In this document: in pieces, positions 19,445-28,050 of the stretch
Layout: every line of letters starts with the position of its first letter
How positions within the stretch are numbered: position 1 is the stretch's first letter
DNA from: Chloroflexota bacterium
GTDB taxonomy: Bacteria > Chloroflexota > Limnocylindria > Limnocylindrales > CSP1-4
DNA length: 64,000 nt
Direction of reading: 5' to 3'
NCBI GenBank assembly: GCA_034667005.1
Contig: JAXDKU010000077.1
Coordinates: forward strand, 12,784 to 76,783
Position numbers and translations under genes: made by a program
The notes under the pieces: generated by a model
Seen by the model: the letters and a program-made list of their open reading frames with translations, nothing else
The model's database searches: none
Told to the model about the DNA's origin: nothing

Positions 19445-20649
19445 GGGCCGCGCTCGACCGCGCCGCCGCGACGGAGCGCAGCGACTCGACGGCGGCCGTC
19501 CTCGTGGCGCTGGTCGTCGCCGGCCTCGGCCTGCGCTCGGCGCTCCTCGCCGTCGGCCCGCTCGCCCCAGAGATCTCGGCGGATCTGGACGTGAGCCACT
19601 CCGTCACGGGTCTCCTCACGACCCTGCCGCTGCTTCTGATGGGCCTGTCCGCGGTCGTGGCGACCGGGATCGGCGAGCGGCTCGGTGACCGCATGGCAAT
19701 CGGGCTGAGCCTGGCCGCGATCGCCGTCGGGAGCCTCTGCCGAGCCCTCGTGCCCGGGATCGCGCCGGTGCTGCTGCTCACGATCCCGATCGGCGTGGGG
19801 ATCGGCGTCTGCGGCGTGCTTCTGCCGGTCTTCGTGAAGCATCGCCTGCCGCAGCGGCCGGCGATGGCGACCGGGCTGTACGTCAGCGGGATCATCATCG
19901 GCTCGTCCCTGACCGTGTCGGCAGCGGTGCCGCTGTCGCTGGCGAGCGGTGGCTGGCGCGGCGCGCTCTTCGTCTTCGGCCTGGCGACGGCCGTCTCCGC
20001 GGTCGCCTGGTTCGTCCTCGTCGATCCGATCGAGCGCCCCACCCGGGGGCCGATCCGGATGCCCAGCGTTCCATGGCGCCGCCCCGTCGCGTGGCTGCTC
20101 GTGGCCATGTTCGCGCTCCAGGCGCTCCTCTTCTACGGCCTGATCACCTGGCTGGTGCCCGCGCTCGTCGAGCGCGGCTGGCAACCCGCGGAGGCCGGCG
20201 CCGTGGCCGGCGCGCTGAACGTCGCGGGCCTGCCGGGAACGCTGCTTGTGACGTACGCCGGCGATCGGGTCTCGCGCGTTCGGGCCTTCGTGGCGTCGTC
20301 GGCGGTTTCGCTCGTGGCTGTGGTTGGCTTTGCCGTGGCGAGTGACCTCGCCTGGATCTGGACGATCAGCGGGGGCGTGGCGCTCGGCGCGATCTTCGCG
20401 CTCGTCATGACCTTGCCCCTCGATGCCGCGGACCGGCCGCAGGAAGCCGGTGGCTACGCCGCGTTCATGCTCGGGGCCGGGTACGCCCTTTCTTCCGCCG
20501 CGCCGGCGGTGCTCGGCGCGCTGCGAGACACCTCAGGGTCGTTCACGTCGAGCCTCTGGGTGCTGGCGGCCACGGCGGCGCTGCTGCTCGCCGGCGCGCC
20601 GTTCCTTGGCCGCGTGCGGCGCCCGGGTGCCGCAGTCGCGCAGCCGTGA
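19441..20649 (+). CDS. MFS transporter, CynX/NimT-like
   Basis: GTGA overlap at 19441-19444. The N-terminal signature LRSALLAVGPLAPEISADLDVSHSVTGLLTTLPLLLMGL is typical of the CynX family. About 12 hydrophobic spans. Confidence 0.8.
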   Translation: MRAALDRAAATERSDSTAAVLVALVVAGLGLRSALLAVGPLAPEISADLDVSHSVTGLLTTLPLLLMGLSAVVATGIGERLGDRMAIGLSLAAIAVGSLCRALVPGIAPVLLLTIPIGVGIGVCGVLLPVFVKHRLPQRPAMATGLYVSGIIIGSSLTVSAAVPLSLASGGWRGALFVFGLATAVSAVAWFVLVDPIERPTRGPIRMPSVPWRRPVAWLLVAMFALQALLFYGLITWLVPALVERGWQPAEAGAVAGALNVAGLPGTLLVTYAGDRVSRVRAFVASSAVSLVAVVGFAVASDLAWIWTISGGVALGAIFALVMTLPLDAADRPQEAGGYAAFMLGAGYALSSAAPAVLGALRDTSGSFTSSLWVLAATAALLLAGAPFLGRVRRPGAAVAQP

Positions 20650-20757
20650 AAGACGGCCGCGAATCCGGCATTGGATACAGTTGTAGCCCGTCGCCTACAG
20701 AGCCCGCGAGTGCTAGACTCGGGGCACCTGGCCCGGCCTGAGGAGCGAACACCGCCG

Positions 20758-21654
20758 ATGTCCCGACCCCTCGCCTTTCTTCGCCCGTCCTCGATCGCAG
20801 AGGCCGTCGCCATGCTCGTGGAGCACGGCGAGGACGCCAAGGTCGTGGCCGGCTCGACCGCGCTGACGATCATGCTGCGGCAGCGGCTCATCGAGCCGGC
20901 GGCGCTGGTGAGCATCGGACGGCTGCCGGAGCCCGAGCTTCACTCGATCGAGCTTCGCGACGGGGAGCTGCGCATCGGCGCCCTCGTGACCCACCGTGAC
21001 GTGGAGCGCGACGCAACGGTCCGCGAGCGACTGCCCGTCCTGGCGGAGACGTTCGGGAAGGTGGCCAACGTCCGGGTCCGGAACCAGGCCACGGTCGGCG
21101 GTGTGGTCGCCGAGGCCGATTACGCGTCCGATCCGCCGGCCGTCCTGCTTGCGCTCGACGCGCAGGTGGACGTGGCCGGACCGAACGGCATGCGCTCGAT
21201 CCCCATGGCGGACTTCACGCTCTCGTTCTACACGACGGTTCTCGAGCCCAACGAGATCGTCACCGCGGTGCGCGTGCCGGTGCCCCAGCCCGGCACGCAC
21301 GCCGTCTACCACAAGTTCGTGACGCGCTCGTCCGAGGACCGGCCGTGCGTCGGCGCCATCGCGGTCGTCCGCCTGGGCCCCGACGGCCGCACCGCGGAGG
21401 ACGTGCGCGTTGCGGTGGGCGCCGCCAGCGAGACGCCGCAGCGGTTCACCGATCTCGAACAGATCGCCGTCGGCACGGAGCTCGGAGACGCCACGCTCCG
21501 CGAGATCGCGGACGGCTACGCGGAGCGCATGGACATGCTGGACGACATGCGCGGCTCGGCCTGGTACCGCGACCAGATGGTCCGGGTGTGGGTCCGACGC
21601 GCGCTCCAGGACGCCCGGTCGGCCGCGCACGCAGGGGCCGCCCAGGCCGCCTGA
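20758..21654 (+). CDS. FAD-binding (medium, CoxM/XdhB-type) subunit of a xanthine dehydrogenase-family molybdo-hydroxylase
   Basis: In ORF 20671..21654; ATG at 20758. Motifs AGSTAL..ML and VRN.ATVGG...ADYASD, plus the C-terminal CO-dehydrogenase flavoprotein domain (DMRGSAWYR). No adjacent large or small subunit gene. Confidence 0.85.
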   Translation: MSRPLAFLRPSSIAEAVAMLVEHGEDAKVVAGSTALTIMLRQRLIEPAALVSIGRLPEPELHSIELRDGELRIGALVTHRDVERDATVRERLPVLAETFGKVANVRVRNQATVGGVVAEADYASDPPAVLLALDAQVDVAGPNGMRSIPMADFTLSFYTTVLEPNEIVTAVRVPVPQPGTHAVYHKFVTRSSEDRPCVGAIAVVRLGPDGRTAEDVRVAVGAASETPQRFTDLEQIAVGTELGDATLREIADGYAERMDMLDDMRGSAWYRDQMVRVWVRRALQDARSAAHAGAAQAA

Positions 21655-21673
21655 GCCCATCGGTACGGCGACA

Positions 21674-21956
21674 GTGGGCCCCACCCACGGGCGCGCCTAA
21701 CGCCGCACGCTTCCATCCGCGACGGAACGGCTCAACGCTGGCGGTGGGCCCTCAGCCGCCCGCGCCTCAAACGTCCCACGTTTCCATCCGCGACGGAACG
21801 GCTCAACGCTGGCGGTGGGCCCTCAGCCGCCCGCGCCTCAAACGTCCCACGCTTCCATCCGCGACGGAACGGCTCAACGCTGGCGGTGGGCCCTCAGCCG
21901 CCCGCGCCTCAAACGTCCCACGTTTCCATCCGCGACGGAACGCCTCGACCTGCGCG
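21674..21956. repeat. 71-bp tandem repeat array, about 4 copies
   Basis: Unit starts fall at 21674, 21744, 21815 and 21886. Copies 2-4 are near-identical, copy 1 has diverged in its first half, and copy 4 has diverged in its last ~15 nt. Each unit contains the palindrome AAACGT-CCC-ACGTTT. The region is non-coding (the period is not a multiple of 3) and sits between convergent genes. Confidence 0.9.
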
Positions 21957-22165
21957 TCCTGGTGACTTGAGGCCCGACTCCGTGCCTGACCCAAACGCCG
22001 GACGTTTGCGAGCACGAACGTTTGGCGACGGGCCCCCGAGATCGAGCCGCCGCTTCGCGACTGAAACGTCGGGCGTTTCAACAGGAGCCACGCCGTGGCT
22101 GGACGGCCCGTCCGGGATCGACGCAGGGCGCCGACGCGAGCTCGCCGCGCCGCACGCCACCTGGA

Positions 22166-23107
22166 TCAGGAGGGTGGCGGCGATCCGAGCAGGCCGCTCG
22201 CGATCAGTGCGGCGCGAACCCGATCGACGTCGCCCGCCGAGGCCTCGATGAGCGGCGACCGGACGGCGCGGCCGGGGAGGATGCCGAGCAGGTTCAGCGC
22301 CGCCTTGGCGCGCGGGTAGTACGCCAGCGGCGGCGATGCGTAGATCGCGTCCCGCAGCGGCGCCAGCGATTCGTGGATGGCGCGAGCCTCGTCCAGCCTG
22401 TCCGCCAGCACAGCCGCCCACATGCGCGCGATCTCGCGACCCGCGATGGAGGCGAACCCGACCAGTACGCCGTCCGGCATGGCGCTCACCATGCACGGCA
22501 GCAGCAGCGTGTCGTTGGCCAGCATCACCCGGGTCGCGGGGCGCTCGCGGCGGATCGCTCGGACGGTCTGCTCGTAGCGGCCGACCTCCCAGACCGTCTC
22601 CTTGACCGCGACGATGCTCGGGACCTCCAGCAGCCGCAGGAGCAGCGGCAGGGGGTACGCGCGTTGCGTCGCCGCCTGGTGCTGGAACAGGACGATGGGG
22701 ACGCCGGCACGGCCGACCTCGGTGACGTACTCGACTGCCACCTCGGGAGCCTCCGTGATCCCGCGAGCGAACGCCGCTGGGGCCTGGAGGAGCACCGCGG
22801 CCGCGCCCGCCTCGGCGGCGGCCTCGACCTGGGACCTCGCGTCATGCGCGGTCGGAGCCTCCACGCCGGCGATGACCGGCAGGCCGGCGGGGACCTCCTC
22901 GACCGCGATCGCGACGATTCGTTCGCGCTCGGCGCGGGTGAGCGCGTCGACCTCGCCCGCGATGCCGTTGACCACGAGGCCGGTGATCCCTTCGGGCTGG
23001 AGCACGGAGCGGATCAGGACGCGCAGCGAGTCCTCGTCGACCTCGAGGTCCGGGCCGAACGGCGTCACGATCGCGGGGATGACGCCCTCGAGAGTCGGGA
23101 TCCTCAC
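22166..23107 (-). CDS. dihydrodipicolinate synthase family class I aldolase (DapA-like)
   Basis: GTG start at 23107. Motif IVTPF followed by a VNG..GE pattern, and the Schiff-base lysine context IVAVKET. TIM-barrel length is right. Confidence 0.8.
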   Translation of the reverse strand: MRIPTLEGVIPAIVTPFGPDLEVDEDSLRVLIRSVLQPEGITGLVVNGIAGEVDALTRAERERIVAIAVEEVPAGLPVIAGVEAPTAHDARSQVEAAAEAGAAAVLLQAPAAFARGITEAPEVAVEYVTEVGRAGVPIVLFQHQAATQRAYPLPLLLRLLEVPSIVAVKETVWEVGRYEQTVRAIRRERPATRVMLANDTLLLPCMVSAMPDGVLVGFASIAGREIARMWAAVLADRLDEARAIHESLAPLRDAIYASPPLAYYPRAKAALNLLGILPGRAVRSPLIEASAGDVDRVRAALIASGLLGSPPPS

Positions 23108-23216
23108 GATGCCGACCCCACACGCGTCATGCGGATGCCACGACCGGCGCTGCCACGACCCGCGCCGCGGCCGCCGGCGCTGCCACTCGCCGCGCCGCCG
23201 CTCCCCGCGCGGCCGC

Positions 23217-24572
23217 TCACGCCGCGGCCGTGGGAACGAGCCCGGGGAAGCGGTCCGCGATGCGTCCCGTCAGCGCCTCGCTCCGCGTCTCGAGCTCTGC
23301 GAGCACGGACCCCTCGTCGAACGCCAGGACCTTGCGGTTCTCCATGAGCACCCGTCCGGCGACGATCGTGGTCAGCACGTCCTGCCCGCTCGCGCAGTAG
23401 ACGACGTTGTTGAGCGCCCTTGGCGCGGGCTGCATGTGCGGCTGTCGGAAGTCGACCGTGATGATGTCGGCCTGGTTGCCCGTCTTCAGCTCGCCGACGT
23501 CGTCCCAGTGCGCCGCCCTGGCGCCGTTGCGCGTCGCCATCTGGAACGCCTCCTGCGGGCTGATGAGGGACGGGTCCGAGCGCACCTCCTTGTGGAGCGT
23601 CGCCACGAGGCGCATCTGCTGGACCATGTCGAGCGTGTTGCACGCCGCTGCCCCGTCGCACCCGAGGGTGACGTTGATCCCCTCGGCGACCATCTCGGGG
23701 AAGCATCCGAGGACCGAGCTTCCGTAGCCGCAGTGCATGCTCGTGCCCACGTTGTGCACGACGCTGACGCCGTAGTTCTTCAGCAGCGCCCGGTCACGCG
23801 CCGTGAACTTGATGGCGTGCGCGAAGACGAGATCCGGCCCGAGCACGCCGAGCCGGTCCAGGTGCTCCAGCTGGCCGAAACGGCGAGTCGACAGGTGGCC
23901 GTGGAGACCCACGCCGTTCTCGCGCGCGACACGCAGGATCGCCACCAGCAGCTCGTCCGAGAGGTTCCACTGCTGCCGCCAGCCCGCCCATGCCGAGATC
24001 CGGCCGCCCTCGCGTCCGTTCCACCGCTCGATCAGGTCCGTGGTCGCCCGGAGGTTGGTCTCGGCGTCCATGACGAAGGGGTCGGGAGCCTTCCAGTCGG
24101 GCTCCTTGAGCTCCATGGTCGAGCGGGTCATGACCGCCCTGAGGCCCGATTCCACGATCGCGTCGCCCATGGCGTCGTAGTAGAGCGGGTTGCCGGCCGC
24201 CTCGATGAAGCCGGTCGTGCCGCCTTTGATCATCTCCAGGGTCGCGCCACGAACGCTGGCGTTGACATCGTCCTCGGTCATCAACGACTCGAGGGCCACG
24301 ATCCGGGTCAGCCACGTCAGGACGTCCACGTCGTCGGCGAGGCCGCGCCCCATCTGCTGGCAGGTATGGATGTGGCAGTCGATCAGGCCGGGCATGACCA
24401 CCTGACCGGAGCAATCCAGCACGCGCCGTGCGTTGACCCGAGCGGCCACGTCCCCGCTGGGACCCATGTCGACGATCCGGCCGTCCGCGATCGCCACGGC
24501 GCCGTCGCGGATCGGCGGTGCGCTGGCGCTCGGCAGGACGATTCCTCCGGTGAGGAGCAGCTCGGCATCCAC
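23217..24572 (-). CDS. metal-dependent amidohydrolase (deaminase/chlorohydrolase-like)
   Basis: GTG at 24572 has GGGAGA upstream. Motifs PGLIDCHIHTCQ (HxH), later HGHLS, and CDGAA (metal Asp). Confidence 0.85.
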   Translation of the reverse strand: MDAELLLTGGIVLPSASAPPIRDGAVAIADGRIVDMGPSGDVAARVNARRVLDCSGQVVMPGLIDCHIHTCQQMGRGLADDVDVLTWLTRIVALESLMTEDDVNASVRGATLEMIKGGTTGFIEAAGNPLYYDAMGDAIVESGLRAVMTRSTMELKEPDWKAPDPFVMDAETNLRATTDLIERWNGREGGRISAWAGWRQQWNLSDELLVAILRVARENGVGLHGHLSTRRFGQLEHLDRLGVLGPDLVFAHAIKFTARDRALLKNYGVSVVHNVGTSMHCGYGSSVLGCFPEMVAEGINVTLGCDGAAACNTLDMVQQMRLVATLHKEVRSDPSLISPQEAFQMATRNGARAAHWDDVGELKTGNQADIITVDFRQPHMQPAPRALNNVVYCASGQDVLTTIVAGRVLMENRKVLAFDEGSVLAELETRSEALTGRIADRFPGLVPTAAA

Positions 24573-24640
24573 GTGTCAGATCTCCCGTTGAGGGTGGGTC
24601 TCGATGTCGGCGGGCAGGGTCCGCGCGGGGCGGCCGACGG

Positions 24641-25444
24641 TCACGGCTGGACGCGGTCGGCCGTGGTGCGACGCTCCAGGTTGCGGCCCAGCACGCCGAG
24701 CAGCTTCACGCCCATCTGGACCGTGGCCTCGATGACGCGCTCGCCGTCCTCGCGCGTCGCGAGCGTCGGATCGCCCATGTTTCCGGACGTCCCGACCCAG
24801 CGCTCGTCGAAGTTGTGGGTGTACGGAATCTTCTTGAGGTAGATCTGCTTCTCGTCCGGGTCCACGTCCTCGACCGTGGGCGAGTTCGTGACCGCCTTGG
24901 AAAGGTCGACGAGGGGACCGTGCGGCGTGGCCAGCAGCAGCGAGGTCTCGATGCGATCGGCGTGGTTGGCGTAGTTGAAGCCCTTGATCTCCGCGATGAC
25001 GTCCCCGGCGCTGGCCCACCATTCGAGGACACCCACCTCCGCACCCACGCGGTCCCGGATCTGGTAGGCGGCCACGGCCAGCAACGGCGCATTCGGCCCG
25101 TGGCCGTTGACGAACAGGATCCGCTTGAAGCCGGCCTCGCCCAGGCGGACGCCGATGTTCGTGTAGAGCGCCAGCAGGACGTCCGTGTCGATCGACACGC
25201 CGCCCGGCAGGGCGCGGAAGTCCTGGATCAGGCTCAGGGTTCCGAGGTGGAGCGGTGGGAAGACGAGGCCACCGGCGATCGCGGCGACGCGGTCGGCGAT
25301 CTCCTCCGCGACGAAGGCGTCCAGCCCGAGCGGCGCGTGGCGTCCGTGTGGCTCGACCGAGCCGAGCGGGACGTACGCGGTGTCCGTCGTCTGGAGACGG
25401 CGCTCGACCTCGTCCCACGAGAGCTCCGCCATGTGGTTGTTCAT
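24641..25444 (-). CDS. creatininase-family (creatinine amidohydrolase / MftE / ArfB-like) hydrolase
   Basis: In ORF 24641..25534. The start is ATG at 25444 or 25432. Motifs PLGSVEPHGRHAPLGLD and FVNGHGPN are characteristic of the family. Confidence 0.8.
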   Translation of the reverse strand: MNNHMAELSWDEVERRLQTTDTAYVPLGSVEPHGRHAPLGLDAFVAEEIADRVAAIAGGLVFPPLHLGTLSLIQDFRALPGGVSIDTDVLLALYTNIGVRLGEAGFKRILFVNGHGPNAPLLAVAAYQIRDRVGAEVGVLEWWASAGDVIAEIKGFNYANHADRIETSLLLATPHGPLVDLSKAVTNSPTVEDVDPDEKQIYLKKIPYTHNFDERWVGTSGNMGDPTLATREDGERVIEATVQMGVKLLGVLGRNLERRTTADRVQP

Positions 25445-25508
25445 CGAGTCCAAGTGGATCGGCCGTCCTTTCCCGTTTTCCGTGTCCCGGTCCGCTCGAT
25501 CGCGGCGT

Positions 25509-26507
25509 CTAGAGCCTCGGCAGGACCTGCTCACCGAACAATCGCACGGTTTCCGCCACGTCCCCGAAGGGCGTCAGGGCGATCTGCGTGTAGCCGGCAG
25601 CGATGACCATCTTCAGAAGGTCCACGGCCTCCTCCGGCGTCCCTGCGATGGCCTTCCGGGCCACCAGCTCGTCCGGGACGAAGGCGGCGGCGGGCTGTGT
25701 CGGGGAGAAGTGCTGGTACATGTCGTACCTGGCCGCGAGATCGACGCGCTGCTCCTCGGACCAGCCCGGCACGCCCGTGCTGCGCTTGAGCGTCAGGCCG
25801 TTCGCGACGTAGGTCTTGACCAGGTTCCGCGCGGCCGCTCCATCGGCGCTGAGGGCCAGCCCGGAGTTGAAGATTTTGGCCACCCCTGAGGGATCGCGTC
25901 CCGCCCTGGTCGCGCCCGACTCGATCTCCGCGACGGCTGCGCTGAGCATCTCCGGGACCAGCCAGCCGGAGTCGATCACGCCGTCGGCGAAGGACCCGCC
26001 TGCCGCAAGCGCCGCCCCGCCCGCGGCTGCCGAGTAGATCGGAGGGGGGCTCTCGGGACGGGCCGTGGCCAGATGCCAGCGCCGGTCCTTGACCACGATC
26101 TCCTCGCCGCTCGCGAGCGATCGGATCATGCCGATGGCCTCGCCGAGCTCCGCGAGCGTGACGGGGCGCTTGTCGATCGGCCGGTTGTCGATGGTGAAGA
26201 CGGAGTCGCCGCCCGTGGCGATGGCCAGGAACGCGCGTCCGTCCGACAGCTCGTCCAGCGTGCAGATGGCGCTCGCCGTGACGGTGGGATGGCGCGTCAA
26301 CGGGTTGGTGACCCAGGGCCCGAGGCGCACGCGACTCGTCGCGACGGCGACCGCAGCCAGGGCCACGTATGCCTCTCGCCAGATCATCTGCCCGTCGGTG
26401 ACGCCGACGAAGTCGACGCCGACCGATTCCGCCAGCCGGGCCCAGTCCACGATTTCACGGACCGGCCGATTCGCCTGGAACCAGACGCCCACCGTCACGC
26501 CAGCCAT
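25509..26507 (-). CDS. LLM-class (luciferase-like) flavin/F420-dependent oxidoreductase
   Basis: ATG at 26507 (MAGVTVGVW...). TIM-barrel LLM pattern: D.....E..G.D...V.D, then RVRLGP.VTNP..RHP. Confidence 0.75.
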   Translation of the reverse strand: MAGVTVGVWFQANRPVREIVDWARLAESVGVDFVGVTDGQMIWREAYVALAAVAVATSRVRLGPWVTNPLTRHPTVTASAICTLDELSDGRAFLAIATGGDSVFTIDNRPIDKRPVTLAELGEAIGMIRSLASGEEIVVKDRRWHLATARPESPPPIYSAAAGGAALAAGGSFADGVIDSGWLVPEMLSAAVAEIESGATRAGRDPSGVAKIFNSGLALSADGAAARNLVKTYVANGLTLKRSTGVPGWSEEQRVDLAARYDMYQHFSPTQPAAAFVPDELVARKAIAGTPEEAVDLLKMVIAAGYTQIALTPFGDVAETVRLFGEQVLPRL

Positions 26508-26609
26508 ATTAGGTCGCACCTACCGCTACAGATCGAGTTGAGCGTGCCGCCGGACGCGTTGCGCGTCGGAGGGCGGCGGCAGCCGGGTCAGGTTCTTCCG
26601 GAAGGGAGA

Positions 26610-26636
26610 TCGGGCAGGACGCTGTGCCCTGCCCGA
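26610..26636 (-). terminator. terminator-like hairpin downstream of the binding-protein gene
   Basis: TCGGGCAGG-acgctgtg-CCTGCCCGA forms a 9-bp stem, 27 nt past the stop at 26663 on the minus strand. The adjacent CTTCCGGAAG palindrome lies at 26595-26604. Confidence 0.5.
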
Positions 26637-26662
26637 CGATTCCCTGGCCCCGGTCGCCGAAC

Positions 26663-27892
26663 CTAGGGCGCGTCGTAGGTCTTGCGTTCCACCTCGACGG
26701 GCTGGCCACCCTGCATCTCGCCGATCCAGATGGTTGCCACCTTCAGGTCGCCCTTGGCGTTGAAGGCTGCCGGCCAGACCGGCGTGGTGATGTTGGTAGC
26801 CCGGATCGCGTCACGGAGCTGCTCCCCGGACGCCGTCGGTCCGGCCCTGGTGAAGGCATCGATGAGGACCAGCATGGACGCGTACGGGCTCGAGTCCGTC
26901 GTGCTTGCCGGGATGCCGTACTTGGTCTGGTACTTGTCCGCGTAGCCCTTCACTTCCGGAGCGGTCCGTAGGAAGTTTGTCACGAACAGGCTTCCGTCAG
27001 CCGCGCTGCCGACCAGCTCCGCGAACGACGTCTGGCCGAAGGCGTAGCCGCCGAAGAACGGGACGTCGAGCGCCAGCTGCCGGGTCTGCTTGACGAAGCC
27101 GGCGGCGTCCGCCTCATACGCGAGGATGACGATGGCCTCGGCTCCGGTCTGGCGGATCTTCTCGATCTGCCCCGCCCAGTCCGATGCGCCGTAGTCCCAG
27201 GTGACGGCCGCGACGGGGTCCGGCATGCCCAGGCCCTTCCAGGACTCCGCGAAGATCGCGGACTCGCCGGCAGAGAACGTGGTCGTGTCGTTGGCCAGGG
27301 CGATCTTGGTGTGGCCGTGCTTCTTGACCTCCTCGGCGAGGGCGCCCATCAGCACGCGGTCACTGGGGATGTTGCGGAAGATGTAGTCCGTGCCCTGCTC
27401 CTCGGTCAGCGCCGGGAGGTAGGCCTCGGTCAGGTAGGGGATCTTCGCCTGCGCGAGGATCGGTCCCGCGGTGGAAACCGCGCCGCTGCACGTGGGGCCG
27501 ATCGCCGCCACGACCTGGCCGATCAGCTTGTTGGCGGCGTTCGCGCCGCCCTCGGGCGTGCACTGGTCCTCGGACTTGATGAACTCGAACTTGCTGCCGG
27601 CGACCGAGTCACCCTTCTCGTCGAGCGCCAGCATCACGCCGTTCATGGTGAACTCGCCGTATTCGGCCTGCGGTCCCGTGAACGTGTTCGGCACGCCGAT
27701 CTTGATGACCCCTGCGGCCGCAGGGGTGCCCGTCGCCGCGACGGCCGTGCCCGTGGCCGCCGGCTGGTTGGACGAACCAGCGGTAACCGGCGCGATCGAT
27801 GGCGCCCCGGGCGTGCTGGTGCATCCGGCCACGACGATCGCCACCGAGGCGATGCCGGCCCGCAACCAGCGAGGTGATGATCCCGTTCCCAC
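26663..27892 (-). CDS. ABC transporter substrate-binding lipoprotein, branched-chain amino acid (LivJ/type-1 PBP) family
   Basis: In ORF 26663..27907. GTG at 27892 has GAGGAG 7 nt upstream. Lipobox VVAGC is followed by a linker. Core pattern IKIGV....TGP.A.YG. Confidence 0.85.
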   Translation of the reverse strand: MGTGSSPRWLRAGIASVAIVVAGCTSTPGAPSIAPVTAGSSNQPAATGTAVAATGTPAAAGVIKIGVPNTFTGPQAEYGEFTMNGVMLALDEKGDSVAGSKFEFIKSEDQCTPEGGANAANKLIGQVVAAIGPTCSGAVSTAGPILAQAKIPYLTEAYLPALTEEQGTDYIFRNIPSDRVLMGALAEEVKKHGHTKIALANDTTTFSAGESAIFAESWKGLGMPDPVAAVTWDYGASDWAGQIEKIRQTGAEAIVILAYEADAAGFVKQTRQLALDVPFFGGYAFGQTSFAELVGSAADGSLFVTNFLRTAPEVKGYADKYQTKYGIPASTTDSSPYASMLVLIDAFTRAGPTASGEQLRDAIRATNITTPVWPAAFNAKGDLKVATIWIGEMQGGQPVEVERKTYDAP

Positions 27893-27968
27893 GTGTCTTC
27901 TCCTCAAGCTAGATGGCCGTCAGCCGGCTCAGGACTGTCGGCCCGGCGCAGCGTCCGCCTTGCGGTCG

Positions 27969-28016
27969 CATGTAGCATGCTATATGCTACTTCGCAGGTG
28001 ACATGTAGCATGCTAC
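27969..28016. promoter_or_regulatory. two copies of a GntR-type palindromic operator
   Basis: CATGTAGCATGCTA occurs at 27969-27982 and 28002-28015. The second copy is the perfect 12-bp palindrome GTAGCATGCTAC (28005-28016). The site sits in a locally AT-richer gap between the divergent binding-protein (-) and gntR (+) genes. Confidence 0.6.
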
Positions 28017-28050
28017 GCTCCGGCAGAACCTGTCAAGCGGGAGTCCCACA

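Noticed and set aside
20660-20757. Promoter for the orphan coxM-like gene (TTGTAG / TAGACT-like hexamers)
   Set aside because: The candidate -35 and -10 hexamers are about 27 nt apart, far from the 16-19 nt optimum, and no alternative pair fits. It is not reported as a feature.
21674-21956. Possible CRISPR array (regular ~71-bp periodicity with a conserved ~33-nt segment)
   Set aside because: The segments between the conserved parts are themselves nearly identical in copies 2-4, so there are no unique spacers. The whole 71-bp unit is duplicated head-to-tail, and no cas genes are present. It is a tandem repeat, not a CRISPR array.
23108-23216. Short direct repeats (CCGGCGCTGCCAC x2) between the amidohydrolase and DapA-like genes
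   Set aside because: There are only two short, imperfectly spaced copies in very GC-rich low-complexity sequence, with no associated palindrome or promoter-like element. They are probably fortuitous.
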